DNA of 64,000 nucleotides from Candidatus Lokiarchaeum ossiferum (GTDB lineage Archaea; Asgardarchaeota; Lokiarchaeia; Sigyniarchaeales; Promethearchaeaceae): NCBI GenBank assembly GCA_025839675.1, contig CP104013.1, positions 2,977,121 to 3,041,120 of the forward strand, read 5' to 3'. Shown piece by piece: positions 1 to 11,300 of this stretch (position 1 is its first letter; each line of letters starts with the position of its first letter). The notes under the pieces were generated by a model. It saw only the letters and a program-made list of their open reading frames with translations, ran no database searches and was not told where the DNA came from. The position numbers and the translations under genes were made by a program.

Positions 1-1
1 A

Positions 2-805
2 TCAATTATTTACGGAGATGAGTTTCAGCTGGAGAATGCTTTCATGAATATTGGGATAAATGGAAGCCAAGCCATGAAAAATGGAGGAAATCTTAATTTT
101 AAGACCAGTAATGTCTATTTGGATCAAACCTACTGTGACCATTCAATTTTTTCAATAACTCCAGGGGATTATTTTATGCTGGAAATTAAAGATGAGGGAA
201 TTGGAATTGTTCCAGAACATCTCACCAAAATTTTTGAACCTTTTTTTACAACAAAAGAATTAGGAAAAGGAACGGGGTTAGGTTTATCTGTTACCTATGG
301 AATAATTCAAGAACATAATGGCGCGATAAAAGTGACCAGCGAAGTAGATGTAGGATCAAATTTTACAATTTATTTACCTCTAACCAAGGATCCTCTAACA
401 ATCCAATTGCCAAAAAAAATCACCCATGAGGGAAAAGGAACGATTCTACTTATTGATGATGAGGAAATGATTCGATATCCTGCGAAACGAATACTAGAAG
501 GAATGGGTTACCACATAATTTTAGCAGAAAATGGTCGAGACGGTGTAAATAAATTTATTCAGCATCAAGATAGCATTATTTTAGTAATTTTAGACATGAT
601 AATGCCAATTATGAATGGAAGGGACACCTTTCTGGAATTACGGAGAATTGATGCTAAATGTAAAATAATTATTGCGACTGGATATGCGAAAGAAGAAAAA
701 ATTGAGGAATTGCGACAAATGGGACTATCCGGTGTTATTAAAAAGCCTTATCTTAAATCAGAACTAAGCATTCTCCTATCAAACATATTTTCGAATCACT
801 CATGA
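2..805 (+). CDS. Hybrid sensor histidine kinase, C-terminal fragment (HATPase_c + receiver domain); 5' end cut by the window edge
   Basis: The frame is open from position 2 with no stop. It carries an N-box-like FMNIGINGSQAM, G-boxes DEGIGI and GTGLGLS, then a receiver with TILLIDDE...LDMIMPIMNG...IIATGY. Confidence 0.8.
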   Translation, partial: SIIYGDEFQLENAFMNIGINGSQAMKNGGNLNFKTSNVYLDQTYCDHSIFSITPGDYFMLEIKDEGIGIVPEHLTKIFEPFFTTKELGKGTGLGLSVTYGIIQEHNGAIKVTSEVDVGSNFTIYLPLTKDPLTIQLPKKITHEGKGTILLIDDEEMIRYPAKRILEGMGYHIILAENGRDGVNKFIQHQDSIILVILDMIMPIMNGRDTFLELRRIDAKCKIIIATGYAKEEKIEELRQMGLSGVIKKPYLKSELSILLSNIFSNHS

Positions 806-851
806 CATGCCTCAATGTTTTTTAAGCTAGAAACCTTATTATATACCTACA

Positions 852-2774
852 TTGCCCACCAATTTATTTTCTCAAATTGATTCCAGTCGGATATTATTTG
901 ATATTTCCCCAAATCCACAAGTTCTTCTTAACAAAAAGTATCTTATCGTAGAAGTTAATGAGGAATTTTCCAAAGTTATGGGTTATTCCAAAGAAGAAAT
1001 GCTTAATAATCCAGTATCATCAATTTTTGCGAATATTCAAGAATATATCGAAGCTTCAGCCCTATTTACTCGAGATAATAAGCTCAAAAATTTTGAAATG
1101 ATTCCGAAAATTGTGGATGGTTCAATTCAATATATGCTACTAAATATTAGGCAAATAATTGATCAACGACAAGATTTTTTAGGATATTTACTGACCTTCA
1201 CAGAATATACTGCGATAAAAAATGTCATGGAATATACTCGACTAATCATTGAAACTTCTCCCAATCCTCAAATATTTTTGAATATCAACAATGAGATTTC
1301 AGATTTGAATAAACAATTATTGAAGGTAACAGGATATCAACGCGAAGATTTGATTGGAAATCCGGTTTCAATAGTTTTCCGTGATCATGAACAGTATCGA
1401 GCAGCCAACATCATCTTGAGAAAAGAAGGCCAGTTAAAAGATTTTGAAATGATCCCAAAATCTAGAGATGGAACGATATTTCACATGTTATTAAATATAA
1501 AACCCATGATAGATAAAAATGAAACAGTTTTGGGTTCTTTGCTTACTTTTACTGACATAACATCGCTCCGAAAGGCAATAGAAGTTGTTGAACAAATAAC
1601 TGGGGATGTTTATTCAAGTAATACATTAGAAGAAAGAACAAATAATTCCCAACCAAAAAAAAATCAGCAAGATTTAGCTTCTATTAATCAAATAAAGATG
1701 GAAGCTGAGCTGAAAAAACGATCTCATGATTTAGATGAACGTATTAAGGAGTTACAATGTCTTTATGGAATTGACAAAATTCTAGAAAATGAGGGGCTTT
1801 CCGTCAATGAGATTTTTCAGAACATTGTGTCTATCTTACCAGCAGGTTGGCAATTTCCTGAAATCACCAGAGCAAAAATAGAATTTGATGGGATCGCTTA
1901 TATTTCTGCACAATATATTAATACAAATTGGAAGCAACGAAATAATATTCGGATTAATGGAGAAATTCGGGGGTATATTGAGGTTTTTTATTTGAAAAAA
2001 ATGCCGAATGCTTCAGAAGGTCCATTTTTAAGAGAAGAACGTCATTTGATAGACGCAATTACTGAACGAATTGAAACCGTCTTTGAAAAAAAATTGGAGG
2101 AAAAAGCCCGAAAGCAGGCAGAAGAGAAGTTACAAGAACATGCTAGACGATTAGAAAACTCATTAAAAGAAAAGGAAGTTCTTCTTTCGGAAATTCACCA
2201 TCGGGTGAAAAATAATCTCCAACTAATCTTTAGTTTAATTCTTCTGCAAGAACAATATGTTACAGATGAAAAACTCCAATTAATGTATCGAGATTTTAAA
2301 AATCGCGTCAAAGCCATGAGTCAAATTCACGAAACACTATATTCCAGCGGGGATATCACCAAAATTAACTTTAATGCATATATCCAAGAGATTATCACTA
2401 ATTTAATTCACAGTTATTATATTGAAACGAATGTGGTTAAGTTGGATATATCAATCGAACAAATTGATATAAGTTTTAATAAAACTATCTTATGTGGTTT
2501 GATTGTGAACGAAGTAGTATCAAATGTATTGAAATATGCTTTTCCAGACAATAAGAAGGGTAAACTTAAAGTAAAGATACGAAAAAATAAAAAAAACGGA
2601 AATATTACAATCAACATTCAAGATAATGGAGTTGGATTCCCACTGGAGTTTGATTATTTAAAAACAGATACCTTAGGGTTACGTATAGTGACATCTCTTT
2701 CAAAGCAACTTAAGGGATCTATTTCAATGAAAAATGAAAATGGAGTAAAATTTAACTTATCTTTCCAAGAATAG
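852..2774 (+). CDS. Multi-PAS sensor histidine kinase with a HisKA_2/HWE-type H-box
   Basis: Two similar PAS repeats are present (FEMIPK...DGS/T..HMLLNI). A coiled coil is followed by the H-box EIHHRVKNNLQLI and an HATPase_c region (QDNGVGFP, GLGLRIV). The only in-frame start after the upstream stop is TTG at 852. Confidence 0.75.
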   Translation: MPTNLFSQIDSSRILFDISPNPQVLLNKKYLIVEVNEEFSKVMGYSKEEMLNNPVSSIFANIQEYIEASALFTRDNKLKNFEMIPKIVDGSIQYMLLNIRQIIDQRQDFLGYLLTFTEYTAIKNVMEYTRLIIETSPNPQIFLNINNEISDLNKQLLKVTGYQREDLIGNPVSIVFRDHEQYRAANIILRKEGQLKDFEMIPKSRDGTIFHMLLNIKPMIDKNETVLGSLLTFTDITSLRKAIEVVEQITGDVYSSNTLEERTNNSQPKKNQQDLASINQIKMEAELKKRSHDLDERIKELQCLYGIDKILENEGLSVNEIFQNIVSILPAGWQFPEITRAKIEFDGIAYISAQYINTNWKQRNNIRINGEIRGYIEVFYLKKMPNASEGPFLREERHLIDAITERIETVFEKKLEEKARKQAEEKLQEHARRLENSLKEKEVLLSEIHHRVKNNLQLIFSLILLQEQYVTDEKLQLMYRDFKNRVKAMSQIHETLYSSGDITKINFNAYIQEIITNLIHSYYIETNVVKLDISIEQIDISFNKTILCGLIVNEVVSNVLKYAFPDNKKGKLKVKIRKNKKNGNITINIQDNGVGFPLEFDYLKTDTLGLRIVTSLSKQLKGSISMKNENGVKFNLSFQE

Positions 2775-2786
2775 TGCTAAGAAATG

Positions 2787-4691
2787 TTATAGGGAACGAT
2801 TTATGATGTCTTTTAATTGTTGAAGTGTAAAAGGTTTTTTTAGAACACCAATAAAACCATACGATATTGGGTCTGCCATGATTGGATCATTAGAATAACC
2901 GCTACTCACAATTGCCTTTACATTTGGATCAAATTCTTTGAGTAAAACGATCGTTTCTTTCCCACCCATCGCACCTGGAATAGTGAGATCCATAATTAAC
3001 AAATCTACGGGATTTTCCGATGATTTAGCTTCCTTATATTTTAAAATCGTGTCTTTTCCATCATCCGTGAAGATAGCATGATGTTTGAGATGTTTAAACA
3101 TTTTCACTAGGATTTTTTGAATAGAAGGATCATCTTCTAACACCAAGATTGTCTTATTAGAAGTTGATTTCGAGGATTTAGATTTTGGTGGTGAAATAGA
3201 ATTTGAACTCAAACCTTCAGAAATTACAGGAAGATAAATATAAAAGGTTGTTCCATGAGTTTCTGGAGCAGTACTAGAAATAAAATAAATATAACCGTTA
3301 TGGCCTTTCACAATAGAATACGCAGTGGCCAAACCTAAGCCACTTCCAGATGATTTAGTAGAAAAATAGGGTTCAAAAATACGAGATTGAATATCTTTTG
3401 GAATTCCAGAACCATGATCTTGTATCATAATCTCGATATATTTACCAGGGAGAAGATTTATTTTTTTTTGAATTTCTCGATACCGGAGAAAATTTGTTTT
3501 TGTGTCAAAATTATGGAAACTAAGTATAATTTCTCCCCCTTTAGACATTGATTGATCCGCATTTATCACAATATTGCCAATGACTTGAGAAATCTGGTTG
3601 GAATCAACATAACAATCCCACATTTTTTCATCAAAATCTAAAGTACATTTCGATTTGGAACCTCGTAAAGCAAATATTGCAGTAGAAGAAATTAATTGTG
3701 TAATGGATACATTAGATTTTACAGGCTTACCACCTTTTGAGAATGTAAGCAATTGATATGTAAGATTTTTTGCACGCATAATTCCAGATTCTGTTTCACG
3801 TAGAATGGATTTGATATCTTCTAAATTATTTTCTTCTAATGCTAAACTCACATTTCCTAAGAGAGAAGCGAGAATATTGTTAAAATCGTGGGCAATTCCC
3901 CCTGCTAAATTTCCAATTGATTCTAATCGTTCCTGTTTTATTCGTTCTAGAGTTACTTTTTGACTTTGGGAAATGTGTCGTAAGAAACCTAAAACTTCAG
4001 TTGCTTCTTGATCTTGATATATAAATTGCAAATTAACTTCTCCCAAGAATTTTTCACCCGATTTAGAAATAATCTCAATTTCATGATAATCCTGAGTGGC
4101 CAGTCCTTTTTGTTTTTGTTGAATTAAATCTGTTAAAAATTCAATGGAATTGGGCGCAATAAATTCCTTAAAAGATATTCCAAGGATTTCATCTATTCTA
4201 TAACCCGTTAGATTTAATCCGGCCTCATTAATTGAAGAAATTGTTCCATCATCTAAATGAACGGAAAAAACAACATCAGAAGAACGTTCAAATATTCGTT
4301 TATAACGTAATTCAGTATCTATTATGGATTCTTCTATGTTTCGAGAAAATGTAATATCTTGAAATTGCAGTGCAAAATAAGTCTGGATCTTGAAAACTCG
4401 TATAAAAACACAAATACTAGATTTATTTGACATAGGATCAATTTTCTGCGGATTGATCCAGATATCGTTGAATTTTGCAGATTCTCCATGATTCAAAGAT
4501 GAAATGTGCTCAATAATCCCAATATTTCGGAAATTCATGTCTTGAAAAAGATTATATGATTGGATGTGGAAAACTCCAAAGATGTCACGAAAAGATTGAT
4601 TAAAATTCAAGACATTTCCCACTGAATCAACAATAAGTAATCCTAAAGGGTTTAACGCAAAAAATTCATTGCATAAATCTTTATCAAGCAT
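2787..4691 (-). CDS. Hybrid PAS sensor histidine kinase / response regulator
   Basis: PAS domains are followed by the HisKA H-box GIAHDFNNIL, an HATPase_c region (DHGSGIP, GSGLGLA) and a C-terminal receiver (ILVLEDD...LLIMDLTIPG...KAIVSSGY). The ORF-track start at 4718 is TTG, so I placed the start at the in-frame ATG at 4691 (MLDKDL...). Confidence 0.8.
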   Translation of the reverse strand: MLDKDLCNEFFALNPLGLLIVDSVGNVLNFNQSFRDIFGVFHIQSYNLFQDMNFRNIGIIEHISSLNHGESAKFNDIWINPQKIDPMSNKSSICVFIRVFKIQTYFALQFQDITFSRNIEESIIDTELRYKRIFERSSDVVFSVHLDDGTISSINEAGLNLTGYRIDEILGISFKEFIAPNSIEFLTDLIQQKQKGLATQDYHEIEIISKSGEKFLGEVNLQFIYQDQEATEVLGFLRHISQSQKVTLERIKQERLESIGNLAGGIAHDFNNILASLLGNVSLALEENNLEDIKSILRETESGIMRAKNLTYQLLTFSKGGKPVKSNVSITQLISSTAIFALRGSKSKCTLDFDEKMWDCYVDSNQISQVIGNIVINADQSMSKGGEIILSFHNFDTKTNFLRYREIQKKINLLPGKYIEIMIQDHGSGIPKDIQSRIFEPYFSTKSSGSGLGLATAYSIVKGHNGYIYFISSTAPETHGTTFYIYLPVISEGLSSNSISPPKSKSSKSTSNKTILVLEDDPSIQKILVKMFKHLKHHAIFTDDGKDTILKYKEAKSSENPVDLLIMDLTIPGAMGGKETIVLLKEFDPNVKAIVSSGYSNDPIMADPISYGFIGVLKKPFTLQQLKDIINRSL

Positions 4692-4875
4692 TTTTTTCAA
4701 ACTTTCCCGAACTTCCAAAATTGGTTGTCATCTAACCAAACACCTACGTTTTAATATAGCTTTTTTTTTGCAAAGTTTTTTAGAAATATCTTTGTTGATC
4801 GGAATTAGGTTTATAACCGATATACGGTTTTTTTACTCAATGCATCGACCGTTGATTACTGGAATTATTCAAAAT

Positions 4876-6132
4876 ATGGCTTTTAAAAAGTGTGAATTTA
4901 GTAAAGATGATAAATTGTATATTTTCGGGCGTAATCCAGAGCTTTCTCTGGCCGAAATTATCTCACGCTTTCATGTGATAGGGAGTACATATAAGATCAA
5001 AGCAATGAACAAAATTGGTGTAGTAATTGAAGCACCCAAACATATTTCTATCAGTAATTGTGGGGCGGTATTAAAACGAAGCAAACCACTAACAACCATC
5101 CATCAACCCTTAAATGTTCAAAATATAAAAAAGGACCTCACAGATCATATTATCAACGAATTTTTTGAAGAAAAAGGCAATTGGACAATCAGCTATTATG
5201 CAAAAAAAATGGGACCTGAAGAAGAATATCTTTACCAAACAGTCCAAAAAATTATAAAAAATTCTCTAAAGAAAGCGGGTGTTAGAAAGGCTTTCTTCTT
5301 CAAAGGCGAGAAAAATAATATTGTGGAACCCCGAAGATTATGGCGCAAAAGAGTAATTCAAGACGGATTAGAAATAATTATTTGGCAAAATAAAGGGGAG
5401 TTTACTCTCTGGCAAACTGAGGAAGTTATAAATATAGATGAAATAGCTAAGCGAGATAGTGATCGACCCCACAAACGGCCACTTTTATTGTTAGGACTTG
5501 CACTTGCTCGGAGTATGATAAATCTAGTTTCTATTGAATCAAATCACCACGATCGTCCTATTTATGATGCATTTTGTGGAATGGGATCAATTGTAAGTGA
5601 AGCTTATCATTTAGGTTTACAATCTTTAGGATCTGACATAGACGGATCTTGTACAACACGATCTCAAGAAAATTTGAGATGGATTAGCCATTTAAAACCC
5701 AATCGTAAAAAGCGAGGCATTTTTCAAGAAAAAAACATCTTTACAATGGATGTAATGACCCCTGATATGGATAGATTGAAAAATTTCAATGGATCGATCG
5801 TTTCAGAACCAAATTTATTGACACCTTTAAAAAAATATCCCACTTACGCTAAAGCAAATGCACTCTTAGATACCTTTGAAAAAAATTATCGCGGTTATTT
5901 AGCAGGAATTAGAAAAATTTTGCCTAAAAATGGCATATGTGTGCTGATTTTCCCTCAATTTCACATTTCCACCAATGAACGCGTGGGCTTAAATATAATT
6001 CAACTTCTTGGAGACTTTGGATTTAAAATGTGTGAATTTTCAATTGATTCATACAAATATCCCGCTCATTTTGTCCATTCGTGGAAAGATCCAATAATTG
6101 AACGACAAATAGTTGTTTTTAAAAAAGTTTAA
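4876..6132 (+). CDS. Putative SAM-dependent RNA methyltransferase (Trm11/THUMP-like)
   Basis: DAFCGMGSIVSEA...GSDIDG looks like a class I methyltransferase motif I/II. The ORF-track start at 4669 overlaps the convergent kinase gene. In-frame ATGs lie at 4840 and 4876, and the start is uncertain. Confidence 0.45.
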   Translation: MAFKKCEFSKDDKLYIFGRNPELSLAEIISRFHVIGSTYKIKAMNKIGVVIEAPKHISISNCGAVLKRSKPLTTIHQPLNVQNIKKDLTDHIINEFFEEKGNWTISYYAKKMGPEEEYLYQTVQKIIKNSLKKAGVRKAFFFKGEKNNIVEPRRLWRKRVIQDGLEIIIWQNKGEFTLWQTEEVINIDEIAKRDSDRPHKRPLLLLGLALARSMINLVSIESNHHDRPIYDAFCGMGSIVSEAYHLGLQSLGSDIDGSCTTRSQENLRWISHLKPNRKKRGIFQEKNIFTMDVMTPDMDRLKNFNGSIVSEPNLLTPLKKYPTYAKANALLDTFEKNYRGYLAGIRKILPKNGICVLIFPQFHISTNERVGLNIIQLLGDFGFKMCEFSIDSYKYPAHFVHSWKDPIIERQIVVFKKV

Positions 6133-6271
6133 TTGGAAAAACTCTGTCACTTTTGTGTCCCTTGGATGGTATAAAATTCACTTCCTTTTTAATAAAAATG
6201 TTTATATTTGCTTCACTCTAAGTTAAGCTATATCGTTTTTTTTTTAAGGGGTTTTTTTAGGGGTTAAGAAA

Positions 6272-6769
6272 ATGAAAAAAATTAAACAAAAACTTGTAAT
6301 TATCTTTGCTTTGGTACTTGTTAGTATTAATGGGATAAGTTTTGGGTCTGCTTGGGGATTTTACCCAACTAATCCGATTCCTGTTGATCCAATTGAGATA
6401 ACCTATGCAAATTATCTTGAACTGGATGGTGATGGGTATGAAGATGATGTAATTACTCAATTTACATTGAAATCGCCAACAGGATATTATGCCTATTTGG
6501 ATGTCGAACTCGAACTTGAATTAGTATTACCATCGGGTTACACCTATATAATGCGATTTAGCATTACTGAATTTTATGTCGAATTACCTGTCACTGTTGA
6601 ATGGCATAATTGTGCCACAGAAAGTGGCTGGTATGATTTTAATATTGAAGCAGATATCTTTGGATTTGATTCAGATATTATTTTCTCTGGAATAGTCACA
6701 GATTCATTAACGTTTGATCCACCTTTTGATAAATCGGGCAGTTCAATATTTGGAATGGTGCGATACTAA
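6272..6769 (+). CDS. Small secreted hypothetical protein (signal peptide)
   Basis: The N-terminus MKKIKQKLVIIFALVLVSINGISFGSA is typical of a signal peptide and the rest is acidic. No homology was recognised. Confidence 0.4.
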   Translation: MKKIKQKLVIIFALVLVSINGISFGSAWGFYPTNPIPVDPIEITYANYLELDGDGYEDDVITQFTLKSPTGYYAYLDVELELELVLPSGYTYIMRFSITEFYVELPVTVEWHNCATESGWYDFNIEADIFGFDSDIIFSGIVTDSLTFDPPFDKSGSSIFGMVRY

Positions 6770-6850
6770 TTCCCTTCGTTTTATTTTTTCTTTATGTAAA
6801 AATGCATAATTAATTTTTTTTTTAAAAACAGGCAAAACGAGTAGGTTCTG

Positions 6851-7984
6851 GTGAAGAGGAAGAATTTAACAATCAAGGCAATTCGAGTTCTATTAGCGCT
6901 AGAACAAAAGCCTTTAGCCACATATGATGAACTTTCTATTATTACTGGTTATGCAAAATCCGTTGTTTTTGGAATTATGAAACAGCTAAGTTCTTCTAAA
7001 GATCATCCTTCATATTTTTATGTCGTTGGTCATCCTAATCTTCATGCTTTGGGTTTAGAAGTTGTGGACGTCTTTGTTCACGCAAATTCAATTGAACAAG
7101 TTACAAATCTCTATAAAATTTGTCAAGCTCATCCGTATACAATAGTATTTGCTCCTTGTTATGGTGCTACTAATGGAGCTTTGGTGCAATTTCGGATTCC
7201 TTTAAATTCTAAATCTCTGATAAATGACCTTTTTTCTCATTTTAAAGAGAATAATGTCATTCAAGACTTCCAAATCTTAAATTTCGGAACAAAATCTATT
7301 TATACTTCTATTGATGTTAAATTCTGGGATTTTTCTTCCTTTTGTTGGAATTTTAATTGGGAAGAATGGTTTTCTTTTGAAATATCAGAATCAAAATCAG
7401 AACCAAAAACATTTGGAAAAGTAGGAACCGTAAAATCTTGGCTTAAAAAACGAGATATTGCTATACTTGCTCAGCTAACTGATGATGCAAGGAATAAAAA
7501 AATTGATATGATTAAAGCTTTGAAACAACAAGGATATAATTTTACGCCTCAAACCTTTAGTCGACGATTAAAACGTGTAAAAGATGAATGTATTTCTAAA
7601 TATCGTGTTTTCATGGATTTAGCGTCTTTTGATTTGTTGAATTGTATAGCTATTTTAGGAAAGGGTAAAAAAAAAGAGATTCAAGAACTTACTCAACGAG
7701 TATCATCTCAGCAAATTCCCTTTCATTCAGTGTTCAAATCAGAAAAGAATCGATTTTTTTGGTATTTATATCTACCTACCACTCATACTGCAGATTTATT
7801 ATATCATATTCGTCCCAAATTTAGTGATATAAAAATGTACTATATAGACCAACCTCGCAGTCATTTATTTTTACCTTGGCCTGAAACTTTTAATGAAGAG
7901 AAGGAAGATTGGAAAGTAGATCGCCAGTTCATGGTCGATGATGTAATTACCGCCCTAATTCCAAAGGATGAATCAACGGATTAA
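6851..7984 (+). CDS. Hypothetical protein with two winged-helix-like segments (possible transcription regulator)
   Basis: The N-terminal LALEQKPLATYDELSIITGYAKSVVFGIMKQL and the mid-protein RDIAILAQLTDDARNKKIDMIKAL both look HTH-like. The start is GTG. Confidence 0.3.
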   Translation: MKRKNLTIKAIRVLLALEQKPLATYDELSIITGYAKSVVFGIMKQLSSSKDHPSYFYVVGHPNLHALGLEVVDVFVHANSIEQVTNLYKICQAHPYTIVFAPCYGATNGALVQFRIPLNSKSLINDLFSHFKENNVIQDFQILNFGTKSIYTSIDVKFWDFSSFCWNFNWEEWFSFEISESKSEPKTFGKVGTVKSWLKKRDIAILAQLTDDARNKKIDMIKALKQQGYNFTPQTFSRRLKRVKDECISKYRVFMDLASFDLLNCIAILGKGKKKEIQELTQRVSSQQIPFHSVFKSEKNRFFWYLYLPTTHTADLLYHIRPKFSDIKMYYIDQPRSHLFLPWPETFNEEKEDWKVDRQFMVDDVITALIPKDESTD

Positions 7985-8339
7985 ATATTCTTGCACTAAC
8001 GAAAAAAAATTGAATTATTTTATTTATCAATCAAGATAGCGCCATTGATACAAATTTTTTCGAGAGAGCTTTCGTGAATAATGATGGAACCATGGAAGAA
8101 ATCTTCAAAATATCCGTAAACATCAAATAATATATTAATCGATACTTTTACAAGTCGTTTTTTGTTTCTATATTCTTTTTGGGTCTTTAAACTGTGTTTT
8201 TGTATGATCTGTTTCCAGAAAATTATTCTTAAAAATCCTAATCAAACAATTTCACGCAAAATATAAAATTTATAGAAAAAAAAAAGTAGGAAAGGATGAG
8301 TTAATCCCTTCACCACTTTAAGAGGGGTTTATATCAGAA

Positions 8340-11300
8340 TTACAAAGTGAAATAACTACCTGAATTCCCATCAAATTCCATAGGAGCATCGCCACCACTG
8401 TGAGGATACACTGAAGCAGCATAATCAAAAGCCGCTTCCATCGTTGTGGTTGCACTGCTACCAAAATGGTTGATCAAAGTATATTCAAGGAAGTAATAAG
8501 TCCAAGCTCCATTATTATGGGCAGAATCATCATATCCATAGCCATCTTCAGTGCATGTGGTTGTGCAATAGACGTTATTACTGTTAGGCATGGCCATTAA
8601 TTCAGGACCAATTCCACCAGAATAACAATGATCAATGAACACAAATATGTCATCAGCAATGGCTCCATCAAGAATAGCAGCTAATTCAGTGTCATAAAAA
8701 TCACCATCTTCACCACTTTCACCTGAACCGCAATCCCATGAGCAAATGTATGAACTACCAGATCCAGTACCAGAACCATGACCAGAAGTGATATAAACGA
8801 TTTCACCTTCTTGTTGAGCTAACCAATTCAAATAATATTTGGTATTGGCTTCGGTAGCTAGTCCATCATATTTTGGAAAATTAGATGGATGACCATCACC
8901 AAGTACTATAATATTTGATTCTTCAAAGCCACAAACTGTGGTAAGATAATTGAAATAATCGGTTACATCTTCATCACAGTAAGATAAATCCGAAATTGCT
9001 TTATAATCAGAGACACCACAAAGTAAAGCATATTTTCCTCCAGTGCTAACCTCGTTATCAACAGTAATCGAAATAGAATCAATTTGACTATTTCCTGCGG
9101 CATCAAAGGCTTGAACTGATATGGTGTGACTACCTTCAGAAAGAGTGGTTGTATCAAAACTCCAGGAATAAGGAGCTGATGCATCAGAAGTCCAGGATCC
9201 TGAATCAACTCGACATTGGACATCAACTACACCAACATTATCAGTGGCAGATGCAGTTATGGAAATTGTGTCTTCCACAGTGGCCCCATTAGATGGGGAG
9301 GTAATGGAAACGGTTGGTTTTTCATAATCCCCACCTGTTCCTCCAGTATAATAGCTCACAGTAGCGGTATACGCGGTGCTAGAAGCACTAGATGTGTACA
9401 TCCGGACTGCAATATAGTAGGTTCCAGCAGTTTGAATGTTATATGAACAGGTTTCTGGATTGCTTGTGGTGTACCCCCGTGCAAGATATGAAGAATAGGA
9501 TGCTGTTTGACAAATATACACATCAATATCATAACTTCCACTCCAGGAAACTGAAACGTCCATCATACCAGCTTCTACGGCAGATAATTCAAAGTAGTCA
9601 ACTTCAGATCCAGCCACGCTTCCAGTAAGATCACGTTCAATCAATTGAACATCCCCATTATCATTGTCAACGGTGATGCTAACGTCATCTTCCCCAAAGT
9701 TTCCAGCAGCATCATACGCTTGTACCGTAATTGTATGAGCACCATCTGATAGAGTAGTAGTATCTAGTGACCAAGAATATGGACTAGTAGAATCAGTTGT
9801 CCAAGATCCACTATCGACTTGATATCGAAGATAATCGACACCAACATTATCAGATGCGGATGCAGTTATAGAAATTGTATCATCCACAGTGGCTCCATTT
9901 GATGGAGATGTGATAGAAATTGTTGGTTTTTCAGTATCAACAACAGTTCCACCAGTATAGTAAGAAACAGTGGTGGTGTAGCTTGTGCTTGATGCATATG
10001 AGGTGTACATTCTTACTGCAATATAATAAGTTCCAGCAGTTTGAATGTTATATGAACAAGTTTCAGGATTGCTAGTAGTATAACCTCGTGCTAAATAGTT
10101 AGAATAACTAGCGGATGTGCAAATATATACATCAATATCATAACTATTTCCCCATGTGGCAGAAACCTGCATAAGACCAGGTTCAACATCTGTCAATTCA
10201 AAATAATCAACTTCACGTCCAGCAACTGAGCCAGTCAAATCTTCAGTAATTTGATCGGCTTTTTCATCAGCTAATTCATCAATTACACTTGCAACACCTA
10301 AGCTATAATATGATAATTCGGCAGAATAGGCCGTACTAGAAGCCCAGTAAGAGTACATCTTAATCCCAATATAATAAGTTCCTGCGGTTTGAATTTCATA
10401 AGAACAAGTTTCAGGATTATTAGTTGTATATCCTCGAGCAAGATAATTGGTAGTTGATTGAGTTGTTGAGATGTAACAATCAATATCATAACTATTTCCC
10501 CATGAAACATCTAATTCCATTAATCCTGGTTGAGCTTCTACAATATACCAATCAGTTTCTCCTCGTCCAACACTACCTTCAAAGGTCTCAGTTATAGGAA
10601 TTGGATTTGAATTGTCATTTGAGACACTAATTGAAATACTATCTTCATCAAAATTACCGGCTGCATCAAAAGCTTGAACAGTTATGGAATGACTTCCATC
10701 CGATACTGAAGTTGAATCCCAAGTCCAAGTATATGGTGCTGAATAATCTTGAACCCATGATCCAGAATCAATTCTATATTGAACATAGGAAACACCCACA
10801 TTATCTGAAGCAGAAGCTTCAATGGCAACATCACCTAAAACAGTATCTCCAGATGATGGATTTGAAATTGCAACGGTAGGATCAATTATATCTTCTCCAC
10901 TGCTTGAACCTTTATAGTAAGATACGGTTGCTGTGTATGCGGTGGAAGAGGCACTACTGGTATACATTCGAATTCCAATATAATAAGTTCCGGCTGTTTG
11001 AATTTCATAAGAAGTTGTTTCAGGGTTGTTAGTAGTATATCCTCGAGCAAGATAAGAGTTATAATTTGCAGTTTCACAGATGTATGCATCAATATCATAA
11101 CTTCCACTCCAAGAAACTGAAACATCCATCATTCCTGGTTCAACATTAGTAAGTTCAAAATAATCAATTTCAGATCCGGCGACGGAGCCTACTAAAGATT
11201 CAGTCACTAATATTGGACCTGTATAATCTTGATCAACATTTACAGTTATTTCATCAATATCGGTATTTCCTGCTTCATCATATGCTTTTGCGGAAATATC

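Noticed and set aside
4669-4875. N-terminal 69 aa of ORF 4669-6132
   Set aside because: It overlaps the convergent histidine kinase gene and is hydrophobic junk-like, so a downstream ATG is the more plausible start.
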